Translations under genes and position numbers: made by a program
In this document: positions 50,200-61,922 of the stretch, in pieces
Layout of the letters: every line of letters starts with the position of its first letter
Numbering within the stretch: the stretch's first letter is position 1
Notes under the pieces: model-generated
What the model was told of the DNA's origin: nothing
Database searches by the model: none
What the model saw: only the letters and a program-made list of their open reading frames with translations
DNA from: Macrostomum lignano
Lineage: Eukaryota
DNA: 64,000 nucleotides
Assembly: GCA_002269645.1 (NCBI GenBank)
Contig: NIVC01002679.1
Coordinates: 86,061-150,060, forward strand
Direction of reading: 5' to 3'

Positions 50200-50650
50200 C
50201 AGAGCTCTAACCTACCACCTCACTCCGCAGCCACCTCACGCCCAGAGCCCTAACCCGCCACCTCACTCCGCAGCCACCTCACACCCAAACTTCTGCCCCA
50301 CTATTCCTAACTTCGCAGCCACCTCACACCCAAACCCCTAACCCACCACCTCACTCCGCAGCCACCCCACGCCCAAACCCCTAACCCACCACTCACTCCG
50401 CAGCCACCTCACACCCAAACCTCTGCCCCACTATTCCTAACTTCGCAGCCACCTCACACCCAAACCTCTGCCCCACTATTCCTAACTTCGCAGCCACCTC
50501 ACACCCAAACCCCTAACCCACCACCTCACTTCGCAGCCACCTCACACCCAAACCCCTAACCCACCACCTCACTTCGCAGCCACCCCACGCCCAAACCCCT
50601 AACCCACCACCTCACTCCGCAGCCACCCCACTCCCAAACCCTTACCCAAC
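50200..50650. repeat. C-rich ~45-bp minisatellite
   Basis: Units such as GCAGCCACCTCACACCCAAACCCCTAACCCACCACCTCACTCC. Confidence 0.9.
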
Positions 50651-50704
50651 CGCTTCTTTTATAGTCTGTTTATACAAACAACAAAAATTTGGTACGCAAT
50701 GCAG

Positions 50705-50809
50705 GCTCGACTACCAGGCCAAGAACTGTTTAACGCTGTTGTTAAGAAGCTAAAACTTCTAGAAGTCGACTATTTTGATTTGGAATTTCTATCACGCGAC
50801 GGTCGTCAG
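50705..50809 (+). CDS. FARP/Cdep-like gene, exon 2
   Basis: ARLPGQELFNAVVKKLKLLEVDYFDLEFLSRDGRQ; AG/GT borders, phase 0. Confidence 0.9.
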
Positions 50810-50895
50810 GTATGTTTATAAGTGCAAAAAAATCAATATGCTTTCAAGTAAAAACAATATTTTTAATCGGATGTTTTCATAAATTCGTACTTCAG

Positions 50896-51017
50896 TCGTG
50901 GCTAGAACATGAGAAGACGCTACCGAAGCAGTGCCCGTCTACCGCTGAGCTGATATTTTACTTTTCTGTAAAGTTTTATCCGCCAGATCCGCACCTGCTA
51001 GAGGACGAGTTCACCAG
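50896..51017 (+). CDS. FARP/Cdep-like gene, exon 3
   Basis: SWLEHEKTLPKQC...FSVKFYPPDPHLLEDEFT(R); AG/GT borders. Confidence 0.92.
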
Positions 51018-51107
51018 GTGGGTGGTTATTTTTTTCTGATCGAGAATTTAATTAGCGATTTATTTTAAAAAATGGATTAATTAATTCGTAAAACTCGACG
51101 CCTGCAG

Positions 51108-51205
51108 GTTTCTGTTCGCTTTGCAAATTAAACGCGATTTATTAAATGGCTTGCTGCCGTGCAGCGAGAACACTTTGGCTCTGCTGGCCTCCTACCTGGT
51201 GCAGG
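51108..51205 (+). CDS. FARP/Cdep-like gene, exon 4
   Basis: FLFALQIKRDLLNGLLPCSENTLALLASYLVQ; FERM central lobe. Confidence 0.92.
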
Positions 51206-51274
51206 GTGAGCGCCACTGTTTGCTTTTGTACTGGTAATTGCTTATAGAATCGATCATCCGTTAATATTTTATTA

Positions 51275-51900
51275 ATCATTTATCAATCATCTGCCAATCG
51301 ATCTATCAATCACCTATCGATCATCCATAAATCTGTCAACGACCTGTCAATCATGTTTCAATAATTTATCAATCATCTACCAATCATCTATCAATAATAT
51401 GTCAATAATATGTCAGTCTATCTATCAATCATCTACCAATCACCGATCATCCATCAATCTATCGATCAATAAATAAATCTATCAACGAATTATCAATCAT
51501 TTATCAATCATCTACCAATCATTTATCAATCATTTGTCAATCATATGTCAATCTATCTATCAATCGTCTATCAATCATCTGTCAATCTATCTATCAATCA
51601 TCTATCAATCATCTGTCAATCATATGTCAATCTATCTATCAATCGTCTATCAATCATCTGTCAATCATCTGTCAATCATCTATCAATAATCTAATCAATC
51701 ATCTGCCAATCACCGATCATTCATCAATCTATCGATCAATAAATAAATCTATCAACGAATTATCAATCGTCTATCAATAATCTACCAATCGTTTATCAAT
51801 CATTTATCAATGATATTGTAAAGCTATCTATCAATAATCGTTCAATCGAATAATCATTCGTTCTATCTTATCTTATCTATCTTATCTATCTTATCAATGG
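51275..51900. repeat. Degenerate ATCA/TCTATCAATCA repeat
   Basis: Direct inspection. Confidence 0.9.
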
Positions 51901-52639
51901 TATATTGAATTATCTATTAATCAGCTATTGCTTCTGTATCAATCATCTCATGCCTCCATAATTATTACCTCTCGCAATGGTTGCACTACACGAGAAGTAT
52001 TCTACTGGAGGGGAAGGCTTCGGCAGCCGGGATTTCGCCAAGCCTCAATTACTAGACATGCATGCCGTCAGATGCGTGCTGTCCCATTCCACACAATCTG
52101 AGAATGGTTGGGCAAGGCGGGAGAATCTGGACAGAACAGGCAATTCCAGCTTGGCCTCGTGGGGGGGGGGATTTTTATCCTCAAGTCCAGTGTTCAAGCC
52201 TGGCGTGTTGCTTTCCTGCCTGGCTTGAATTTTTGCTTTCTTTATCGTCAACTTTTCTCTGCCTCCGCGGCCTGACCCCCCTCCCAGCTTTCAATCTTCA
52301 TCCTAGATGCAGCGGTTCTCTTTGACTCGGTCACGCGAGCTTTTGCCTGAAATTTCTCTTTTTCTTCCTTGACGAAGGGGAAACTTTTCGCTTTTTCACT
52401 GACTCTTCTCTCTTCATTTGCTTCATTTATTTATGGCCTGGATGCTGGAAACAATGAGACCTGCTGTCGCCTTCTCGGGGATCAACTTTCAGTCGAAAAA
52501 GCAGACTTTTGTCATTAGTTTTAGTGTCAGCTTTTTATTATTGCTTGACTGCAATAAAATCCTGCAGTTGTGTGTTTTGGGGCTTTTGGAGATGGCTGGG
52601 ATCTCAGAGATGTTATTGGGGACCAGATGGGGTTGATGT

Positions 52640-53040
52640 TTGAGTCAGAGAGGTCAGTGGGCAGTCAGAGGGGTCAGTGGGAGTCAAAGAGGTCAGTATG
52701 GAGTCTGGGGGGTCAGTGGGGAGTCAGAAGGGTCAGTGGAGAGTCAGGGGGGTCAATCGTGAGTCAGAGGGGTCAGTGGAGAGTCAGAGGGGTCAATCGG
52801 GAGTCAGAGGGGTCAATGGGGAGTCAGAGGGGTCAATCGGGAGTCAGAGGGGTCAATCGGGAGTCAGAGGGGTCAGTGGGGAGTCAGAGGGGTCAGTGGG
52901 TAGTAAGAGGGTCAGTGGAGAGTCAGAGTGGTCAGTGGGGAGTCAAAGGGGTCAGTGGGAAGTCAGTGGGGAGTCAAAGGGGTCAGTGGGGATTCAGAGG
53001 GGTCAGTGGGGAGTCGGAAGGGTCAGTGGGGAGTCAGGGA
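52640..53040. repeat. ~21-bp minisatellite (GGGAGTCAGAGGGGTCAGTGG)
   Basis: Direct inspection. Confidence 0.93.
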
Positions 53041-53168
53041 TTTCTGGGTTCAAAAGGCTCTGTGATATCTGTCGGTTTTGCCTACAGTGTCTTACAGGCA
53101 TAAATATTTCTACCTTAAGTGTGTTTAATTTTTACTACTCTTTGTAATCCTTAATAAATTAATTTCAG

Positions 53169-53295
53169 CCGAAATCGGTGACTTCCTCGAAGACGAGTAC
53201 TTGGACACTTTGTACCTCACCCAGCTGAAAGTGCTTCCCCAGCCCTACACAGACGAATTGCTGTTTAAAGTGATGGAGTATCACAAAGCTCACCT
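53169..53295 (+). CDS. FARP/Cdep-like gene, exon 5
   Basis: AEIGDFLEDEYLDTLYLTQLKVLPQPYTDELLFKVMEYHKAH(L). Confidence 0.92.
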
Positions 53296-53349
53296 GTGAG
53301 TGCTTCTTATGCGACAGAGACAACCTCGAATCGGCCTTTGATTCAATAG

Positions 53350-53930
53350 AATACTGGACCTCTTCAAAGAATACCCTTAATACTGGACCTCTTCAAAGAA
53401 TACCCTTAATACTGGACCTCTTCAAAGAATACCCTTAATACTGGACCTCTTCAAGGAATACCCTTAATACTGGACCTCTTCAAATTGATGCCCTTAATAC
53501 TGGACCTCTTCAAGGAATTCCCTTAATACTTGACCTCTTCAAGGAATACCCTTAATACTTGACCTTTTCAAATTGATGCCCTTAATACTGGACCTCTTCA
53601 AATTGATGCCCTTAATACTGGACCTCTTCAAGGAATTCCCTTAATACTTGACCTCTTCAAGGAATACCCTTAATACTTGACCTCTTCAAATTGATGCCCT
53701 TAATACTGGATCTCTTCAAATTGATGCCCTTAATACTGGATCTCTTCAAATTGATGCCCTTAATACTGGATCTCTTCAAATTGATGCCCTTAATACTGGA
53801 CCTCTTCAAATTGATGCCCTTAATACTGGACCTCTTCAAATTGATACCCTTAATACTGGACCTCTTCAAATTGATGCCCTTAATACTGTACCTCTTCAAA
53901 TTGATGCCCTTAATACTGGACCTCTTCAAA
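53350..53930. repeat. ~30-bp minisatellite (TAATACTGGACCTCTTCAAATTGATGCCCT)
   Basis: Direct inspection. Confidence 0.96.
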
Positions 53931-54689
53931 GGACACTTTCAATACTCAATCTCTATAATCTGGTAAACTGATCGAAAAAATGAATGAAGCAGCTTTTGAA
54001 AATGAATAAATTTAATCATATTGGATTAATAGCACCGCCCTGTATGGAAATAAGCTGGGATGTGAAAGGGAAACTGCAGAGGCCCGTCAGTACTCCCTTG
54101 TAGGGAGTTGGGATTGGCTGGAGGCAGTTAGCAAGTTTTTTGGTCGCGAGAATGTACCAGCATATAGGGCTGACAACAGCGGAGGCTCAGAGACCGAATT
54201 GAATCATTTCTCAGCAGAGCTCCGTGTGAGCAGCGCTTCCGCTCTGCCTTTGCCCAGACTCTGTCCTACGAACTCGCTACTCCATGCAGCAGCGGTCGAT
54301 AATGATAAGCTGAATTAATTATCCCATCAAGGCTCGCCTGGGTAGGCCTGGAAGGGGCGGGGTGGCTGATGGGGGACTAAGATGGTCGCTAAGGGGAAAT
54401 GGCTTGCTGCCCAGTTGCTGGCTGTAACTGGCATTCTGTCTCTCTTCCAGACTCTCATCTTATCCTCCTGTTTGAGCTAGTTTTTCTAAGCTGTGCTGTT
54501 CAAAGACTGAAGATTTGCGTTTGATTTCTATTAGATTCGGGGGGGGGGGTTAATTAACAAGTTCGAGACTGCTTTTGGAGTGGCTTTTTTATACCGAATT
54601 TCATCTACAGACTGGTACTAGGACAGACAGATGGACAGGACGCTAAGACAGTTGGAAACTAAGACACTGTGACACTGAGACAATTAGAC

Positions 54690-55740
54690 ACTAGGACTCT
54701 AGAACACTAGGACTGTGGACACTAGAACACTAGGACTGTGGACACTAGAACACAAGGACTGTGGACACTAGAACACTATAGGACTGTGGACACTAGAACA
54801 CAAGGACTGTGGACACTAGAACACGAGGACTGTGGACACTAGAACACTATAGGACTGTGGACACTAGAACACAAGGACTGTGGACACTAGAACACTAGGA
54901 CTGTGGACACTAGAACACTATAGGACTGTGGACACTAGAACACGAGGACTGTGGACACTAGAACACAAGGACTGTGGACACTAGAACACTAGGACTGTGG
55001 GCACTAGAACACGAGGACTGTGGACACTAGAACACCAGGACTGTGGACACTAGAACACGAAGACTGTGGACACTAGAACACGAGGACTGTGGACACTAGA
55101 ACACGAGGACTGTGGACACTAGAACACGAAGACTGTGGACACTAGAACACAAGGACTGTGGACACTAGAACACAAGGACTGTGGACACTAGAACACAAGG
55201 ACTGTGGACACTAGAACACAAGGACTGTGGACACTAGAACACGAGGACTGTGGACACTAGAACACAAGGACTGTGGACACTAGAACACAAGGACTGTGGA
55301 CACTAGAACACAAGGACTGTGGACACTAGAACACAAGGACTGTGGACACTAGAACACGAGGACTGTGGACACTAGAACACGAGGACTGTGGACACTAGAA
55401 CACGAGGACTGTGGGCACTAGAACACGAGGACTGTGGACACTAGAACACGAGGACTGTGGACACTAGAACACGAGGACTGTGGACACTAGAACACTAGGA
55501 CTGTGGACACTAGAACACTAGGACTGTGGACACTAGAACACTAGGACTGTGGACACTAGAACACTAGGACTGTGGACACTAGAACACTAGGACTGTGGAC
55601 ACTAGAACACTAGGACTGTGGACACTAGAACACTAGGACTGTGGGCACTAGAATACTAGGACACTAAGAAACTAAGATACTAAGATACTAGGGCACTAGA
55701 ACACAAGGACTGTGGATACTAGGATACCAGGACACTAAGA
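54690..55740. repeat. 23-bp minisatellite (GGACTGTGGACACTAGAACACAA)
   Basis: Direct inspection. Confidence 0.97.
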
Positions 55741-55820
55741 AACTAAGATACTGAGGATACCTGAGTGCTACTATTGGGACAATTATAGCATACATTATTA
55801 GTATTAATGCTAATTTGCAG

Positions 55821-55908
55821 CGGCCTCACACCGGAAGATGCCGAATACAGCCTGTTGGACACGGCTAGAAAGGTTGAGCTGTACGGCATACGGCTGCATC
55901 CTGCCAGG
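55821..55908 (+). CDS. FARP/Cdep-like gene, exon 6
   Basis: GLTPEDAEYSLLDTARKVELYGIRLHPAR. Confidence 0.92.
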
Positions 55909-56019
55909 GTGAGGGGTGTTTCCTTTGCTGCTATGTGGCTACTTATTAGTAGTAATCTGTGTGTTAAATTGCATTCAATTATTGAAAGCCGCTGGGGATG
56001 AAATGTTTGTCAGACATTG

Positions 56020-56450
56020 GGTGTCATGTAGAGTGGGTGTCAGGTTTAGGTGGAGTGGGTGTCAGATTAAGGTAGATTGGCTGTCAGGTATAGGTAGAGT
56101 GGGTGTCAGGTACAGGTAGAGGGGGTGTCAGGTTAAGGTAGATTGAGTGTCAGGTTAAGGTAGAGTGGGTTTCAGGTTAAGGTAGATTGGGTGTCAGGTT
56201 TAGGGTAGGTAGAGTGGGTATCAGGTTAAGGTAGATTGGCTGTCAGGTATAGGTAGATTGGGTGTCAGGTTAAGGTAGAGTGGGTGTCAGGTTAAGGTAG
56301 AGTGGGTGTCAGGTTAAGGTAGATTGGGTGTCAGGTTAAGGTAGAGTGGGTGTCAGGTTAAGGTAGATTGGGTGTCAGGTTAAGGTAGAGTGGGTGTCAA
56401 GTTAAGGTAGATTGGGTGTCAGGTAAAGGTAGATTCTGTGTCAGGTATAG
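56020..56450. repeat. 22-bp minisatellite (TGGGTGTCAGGTTAAGGTAGAG)
   Basis: Direct inspection. Confidence 0.95.
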
Positions 56451-56538
56451 ATTGGTATACATAATTAGTATATAAATGCATGTACTTCAAGGTATAAGTT
56501 AGGAGCCAGCATGATATCCCCCCGGCTCTCGAACCCAG

Positions 56539-56694
56539 GACCACGAAGGCCTGCCGCTGAACCTGGCCGTGGCCCACGCTGGCGTGCTGGTGTTCCAGGG
56601 CACCGCCCGCATCAACACCTTCAGCTGGGCCAAGATACGGAAGCTGAGCTTCAAACGGAAAAAGTTTCTGGTCAAGCTGCACCCGGAAGGATAC
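56539..56694 (+). CDS. FARP/Cdep-like gene, exon 7
   Basis: [52 protein letters not shown]; FERM C-lobe. Confidence 0.93.
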
Positions 56695-57039
56695 GTGAGT
56701 GAGGCGTACCTATTATCTTCAGTTTTTCTGGCGGATATTTCCTTTGCTAGCTTGCAATTGTTTTTTTAGTTTTTTAAGCCAGCCTTTGTTTCTATCAGTT
56801 GCTTTTCTGTTTCACTTCTGCTTTAAGAAATAATTTTGCCAAGTTTTTTTCAAGATTTTGACTACAAAACTCTTACATCTTTAACAGCATGCGATAGATA
56901 TCACTAATCAGATATGTTGGTAAGTAGGCAAGTTTGGGTGCATACAGGTATATTGAGGTAGATTGATCTTTAATTATTAAATAATTTGATGTTTCATTGA
57001 TCGCCTGACCAACTGATTTGTTGACCGATCGATTGATTG

Positions 57040-57071
57040 ATCAATTAAATGATTGACTGATTGCTTGATTT

Positions 57072-57120
<49 letters not shown>

Positions 57121-57145
57121 CTGGTTGATTATTTGATTGACTGAC

Positions 57146-57178
<33 letters not shown>

Positions 57179-57193
57179 ATTTGATTGACTGAC

Positions 57194-57246
<53 letters not shown>

Positions 57247-57261
57247 ATTTGATTGACTGAC

Positions 57262-57316
<55 letters not shown>

Positions 57317-57521
57317 CTGATTGATTGACTGATTGATTGATTATTTGATTGATTGACTGATTGATTGATTGATTGACTGATTGATTGATTGATTGACTGG
57401 TTGATTATTTGATTGACTGACTGATTGATTGATTGATTGATTGATTGACTGATTGATTGACTGATTGATTATTTGATTGATTGATTGACTGATTGATTGA
57501 TTGATTGATTGACTGACTGAC

Positions 57522-57580
<59 letters not shown>

Positions 57581-57581
57581 C

Positions 57582-57612
<31 letters not shown>

Positions 57613-57657
57613 CTGATTGATTGATTGATTGACTGATTGATTGATTGATTGATTGAC

Positions 57658-57716
<59 letters not shown>

Positions 57717-57717
57717 C

Positions 57718-57748
<31 letters not shown>

Positions 57749-57809
57749 CTGATTGATTGATTGATTGACTGATTGATTGATTGATTGATTGACTGATTGA
57801 TTGATTGAC

Positions 57810-57862
<53 letters not shown>

Positions 57863-57865
57863 ATT
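57040..57865. repeat. (GATT)n microsatellite with GACT interruptions
   Basis: Direct inspection. Confidence 0.99.
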
Positions 57866-58494
57866 TAATGCCGCAATGGTAAATGCCGCATGCAGTGCCC
57901 ATCTAAGCTTCAGTCAGTTAAGAGTACGGCATTATTCAAGCATATTTTTCAGACTGGATCATTTTTCAAATTGACAACAGAAGCGAAAGCAAATTTTTCG
58001 GAATTATTTTTTCTGCCCATCAAATCCCATCCGCGTGTTTCTCAGACAAAAGAAGATTTTCTCCAAGTTTTTTGTAAAAAAACTGCAAATTCGTCTGTCA
58101 CAATTTCAGAACCCCGACTCGGAACTATTGGCCTCAATGCAGCTCTTTGTCATTGAAGGCGTAAGGCATTCTAATAGATAGCTAGTCGTCAGTTCTGCTT
58201 CTGACCCCTCCTCAAGTGTCTCCGTTTTTTGCTTCAAACAAAAAATTCTCCACAGTTTCTGTTGGGCAAAAAGCATCATCATTAAATCGCAGTGTTTTTT
58301 ATGTTTTATTATTTATCAATGTTTCACACACTGTTAAGTTTGGCTTCAAGTTGACGTAATTGCTAGTTTTGACAAGAAAACAAGTAAAAGTAAAAGTTTT
58401 GTATTGTATCTCTTTGCTGGCATTGTGCTTGATTAAAAACTGTAAAAAATCTGACTTTAACTTTTTCTACAGTAGAGGTTTTATCTCAGTTTTT

Positions 58495-58760
58495 TTGGAC
58501 TGGGACCTCTGGGTGTACCTGGACTGGAAGTCGGCGAAGGGACCTCTGGGTATACTTGGGCTGGAAGCCGGCCAATGGACCTCTGGGTATACCTGGGCTG
58601 GAAGGCAAGGGGACGTCTGTATACCTGGACTGGAAGCAGGCGAAAGGACCTCTAGGTATACTTGGGCTGGAAGCCGGCCAATGGACCTCTGGGTATACCT
58701 GGGCTGGAAGGCAAGGGGACGTCTGTATACCTGGACTGGAAGCAGGCAAAGGGACCTCTG
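58495..58760. repeat. Composite ~40-bp repeat duplicated as a ~120-bp block
   Basis: GGACCTCTGGGTATACCTGGGCTGGAAG... units. Confidence 0.85.
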
Positions 58761-59679
58761 TCTGAGCTCATCAAGATAATTCTCGATTTCTTTGTAGCTA
58801 AAAATTCCACCAATCCAACTGCATGGGAAGTTTCTCTTGCTTAGATTAGTATTAAGCATATATACGAAATAGTTTTGTGTACTTTTTCTTTGGCTTTTCT
58901 CAAGTCGATGGTTTGGTCAGTCGTCAGCATTCCAATCCTCTGCTTTGTCTTTGTCTATACTTCACCCAGGCACAATCGCAATGGTTGATTGCGCAAGCTT
59001 TCATACTAAACAAGTGCATTGCATAATGTATTTTGCCCAGCACTGTTTGTGAGAGATTCAATTTAGACTACTGAGAAAAGTAGACGAATAGAGATTTGAA
59101 TTTTAAAATATCTCACGTCGCCCTAAAAGAAATGGCAGCAGGAAAAAAATATCTTGTGAGCACACTAAAAGTGGTGGGAGAGGACGGCGTGTGGCCATCG
59201 CTCACTGACGAAGCCTGCCTGCGCGAGGTTCAACCTGCACTTTTAGTGTGTCACTCGGTGTGAACAATCTGCCATAGCTGATTGATTGATGATGCTGCTA
59301 AAAATTGCACAATTTTTATACACCTGTGGGTAGTAAATTCTGTACTTTGCAATTCAGTCGAAAGACGGCATGTTATCAAAGATGTTAATATTATTATGCC
59401 TAGCTAGCACGTAATCTGATTTTTAATTGATGAGTGCATTTTAATAAGCTGTTCAGATTTTATTGTGCCATTGGCAGGCTGTGCTTTCTTTCATTTTTTA
59501 ATGTTGCAAACACCCATGCAGTGCAGTTAAAGATCTGATGCACACTTAATGGCTCTTTTTGACGCTGGTTAAATGGGGATTACTATGGGGAGTCACATTA
59601 TTGTACATTTTTATCGTACGTGCTTTAACTTGATATTTTAGGAATAGGAAGCCTAATAAGTTTGATATCCTAATGAGAC

Positions 59680-59950
59680 TCGCCTCACCAACCCCACTCC
59701 ACCCACCCATTGTACACTCTCTCCAGACCAACCCTCACTTCACCAACCCCACTCCACCCTCCCCATTGTACGCTCTCTCCAGACCAACCCTCACTTCACC
59801 AACCCCACTCCACCCACCCATTGTACACTCTCTCCAGACCAACCCTCACTTCACCAACCCCACTCCACCCTCCCCATTGTACGCTCTCTCCAGGCCAAGC
59901 CTCACCTCGCCAACCCACTCCACCCACCCCATTGCACACTCTCTCCAGAC
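59680..59950. repeat. C-rich ~55-bp minisatellite
   Basis: CACCAACCCCACTCCACCC...TTGTACACTCTCTCCAGACC units. Confidence 0.9.
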
Positions 59951-60178
59951 GTTGATAGGCTTAACGTACATTGAATTATTTGATTAAAATATATCTACAA
60001 ATACTTATTCAACTACACAGGAAACACAAAAGTTTGTATTTGATCTACTTAATTAAACCGTCCACACCAATGTGACAGTGGACTGCATGCAGGGTCATTA
60101 TTTAATTAATTATAGAGTGCTGACTTTACTGTGAATAATCATCTGTTAACCCATCACCTGCTGCTCTCAACCCAACAG

Positions 60179-60339
60179 AACTATTTCAAGGACGTAGTTG
60201 AGTTCTATTTCGATTCGAGAGACGAGTGCAAGCACTTTTGGAAGAAGTGCATCGAGCATCACACGTTCTTCCGTTGCCAAGGCGTTAAACAGGCTGGCAA
60301 GTCGCGATCTAAAGTCGTTTCCAAGGGATCCTCGTTCAG
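60179..60339 (+). CDS. FARP/Cdep-like gene, exon 8
   Basis: NYFKDVVEFYFDSRDECKHFWKKCIEHHTFFRC...SKGSSF(R). Confidence 0.93.
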
Positions 60340-60359
60340 GTGGGAGAATATTATTTTTT

Positions 60360-60705
60360 ATGCGTCTTTGTTCTAGCTCGTATTCTGGTCAAGCTCATTA
60401 TGGTCACTCTAATGAGTCTTTGTTCTAGCTCGTATTCTGGCCAAGCTCATTATGTCACTCTAATGAGTCTTTGTTCTATTCAGGCCAAGCTCATAATAGT
60501 CACTTTAATGAGTCTTTGTTCTATTCAGGCCAAGCCTATAATGGTCACTCTAATGAGTCTTTGTTCTATTCAGGCCAAGCCTATAATGGTCACTCTAATG
60601 AGTCTTTGTTCTATTCAGGCCAAGCCTATAATGGTCACTCTACTGAGTCTTTGTTCTATTCAGGCGAAGCCTATAATGGTCACTCTACTGAGTCTTTGTT
60701 CGAAT
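60360..60705. repeat. 45-bp minisatellite (TCTTTGTTCTATTCAGGCCAAGCCTATAATGGTCACTCTAATGAG)
   Basis: Direct inspection. Confidence 0.95.
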
Positions 60706-60848
60706 CTGAGTCGATGATATTCAGACTATTGTTTTAGAATCTAGAGCTCTTTTTACAATATATAAATGTAATTTACAGCTATTTGCGTTCAGAAGTCTTT
60801 GTTCCAATCTGGCTTCAAAGGAGCCGCCGCCTCCCACCGCCTACGCAG

Positions 60849-60923
60849 GTACTGCGGCCGCACCCAGAAGCAGCTAATTGAATTTGTTCGCGAGAACTAC
60901 GTTAAACGGCCGCAGTTTGATAG
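60849..60923 (+). CDS. FARP/Cdep-like gene, exon 9 (FERM-adjacent domain)
   Basis: YCGRTQKQLIEFVRENYVKRPQFD(R), closely resembling the FA region of FARP/Cdep proteins. The DH-PH domains are not in the window, so no gene symbol is given. Confidence 0.9.
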
Positions 60924-61191
60924 GTAGACCAGCGACCTCAGAATCAATAATCCATAATGTTCCATACACCCTACTTTTTGAGGGAGAATCTGAGTAGGCT
61001 AGTGGCGAATATTAATGCCTAGAATATTTTTAAAGCAAAAAATCCAAGCTTTAACGAATTATTTGGCATATTTGCGCGTTTAGCATATTTATATAGGATT
61101 AAAAAATTCGCCACTTGCCTACTCAAATCTTCACCAATTAAGTAGACTATATGGTACATTATTTGACTCGATTCCTTTGCAATCTTGTCAG

Positions 61192-61441
61192 GAGCTCCAG
61201 CGGAGCCCGCTCGTTGCCCAGCAGGTCGCCAGCGGCGCGCCGGGCGCCGCACCTGCAGAGCGGCAGCGGCAGCGGCCACTGGCAGCAGCAGCAGCAAAAC
61301 AGCTCGGCGAGGTCGGCCGCTTCGACTTCTTCAGCCGGGTCGCACGTCCTGCTTGCCGCCGGCGCCAGTGCGGGCGTGGAAGTGGATTTTTATGGCGGAC
61401 AGCGCAGTCGGACACTGCCGGCCGGGCAGCACTACCTTCAG
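61192..61441 (+). CDS. FARP/Cdep-like gene, exon 10
   Basis: Phase-2 acceptor, RSSSGARSLPSRSP...GQHYLQ, CAG|GTGAGT donor. Confidence 0.7.
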
Positions 61442-61469
61442 GTGAGTTGTGTGTGAATGGGCACGGGAC

Positions 61470-61845
61470 ATTTCGTCCGGACAATTTTTCCGGTGAGTCA
61501 TTCCGTCCGGATAGTTTGTCCGGTGAGTCATTCCGTCCGGACAGTTTGTCCAGTGAGTCATTCCGTCCGGACAGTTTGTCCAGTGAGTCATTCCGTCCGG
61601 ACAGTTTGTCCAGTGAGTCATTCCGTCCGGATAGTTTGTCCGGTGAGTCATTCCGTCCGGAAAGTTTGTCCGGTGAGTCATTCCGTCCGGACAGTTTGTC
61701 CGGTGAGTCATTCCGTCCGGACAGTTTGTCCGGTGAGTCATTCCGTCCGGACAGTTTTTCCGGTGAGTCATTCGGTCCGGATAGTTTGTCCGGTGAGTCA
61801 TTCCATCCGGACAGTTTGTCCAGTGAGTCATTTCGTTCGTACAAT
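61470..61845. repeat. 30-bp minisatellite (CCGGTGAGTCATTCCGTCCGGACAGTTTGT)
   Basis: About 12 units; explains the overlapping ORFs at 61177-61880. Confidence 0.97.
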
Positions 61846-61922
61846 TCCTTCGGGAGGATTATTTCCGGATAATTTTTCAACTTATCACCACAAACCCCTC
61901 CTCACTACTATCGGCAGGACAG

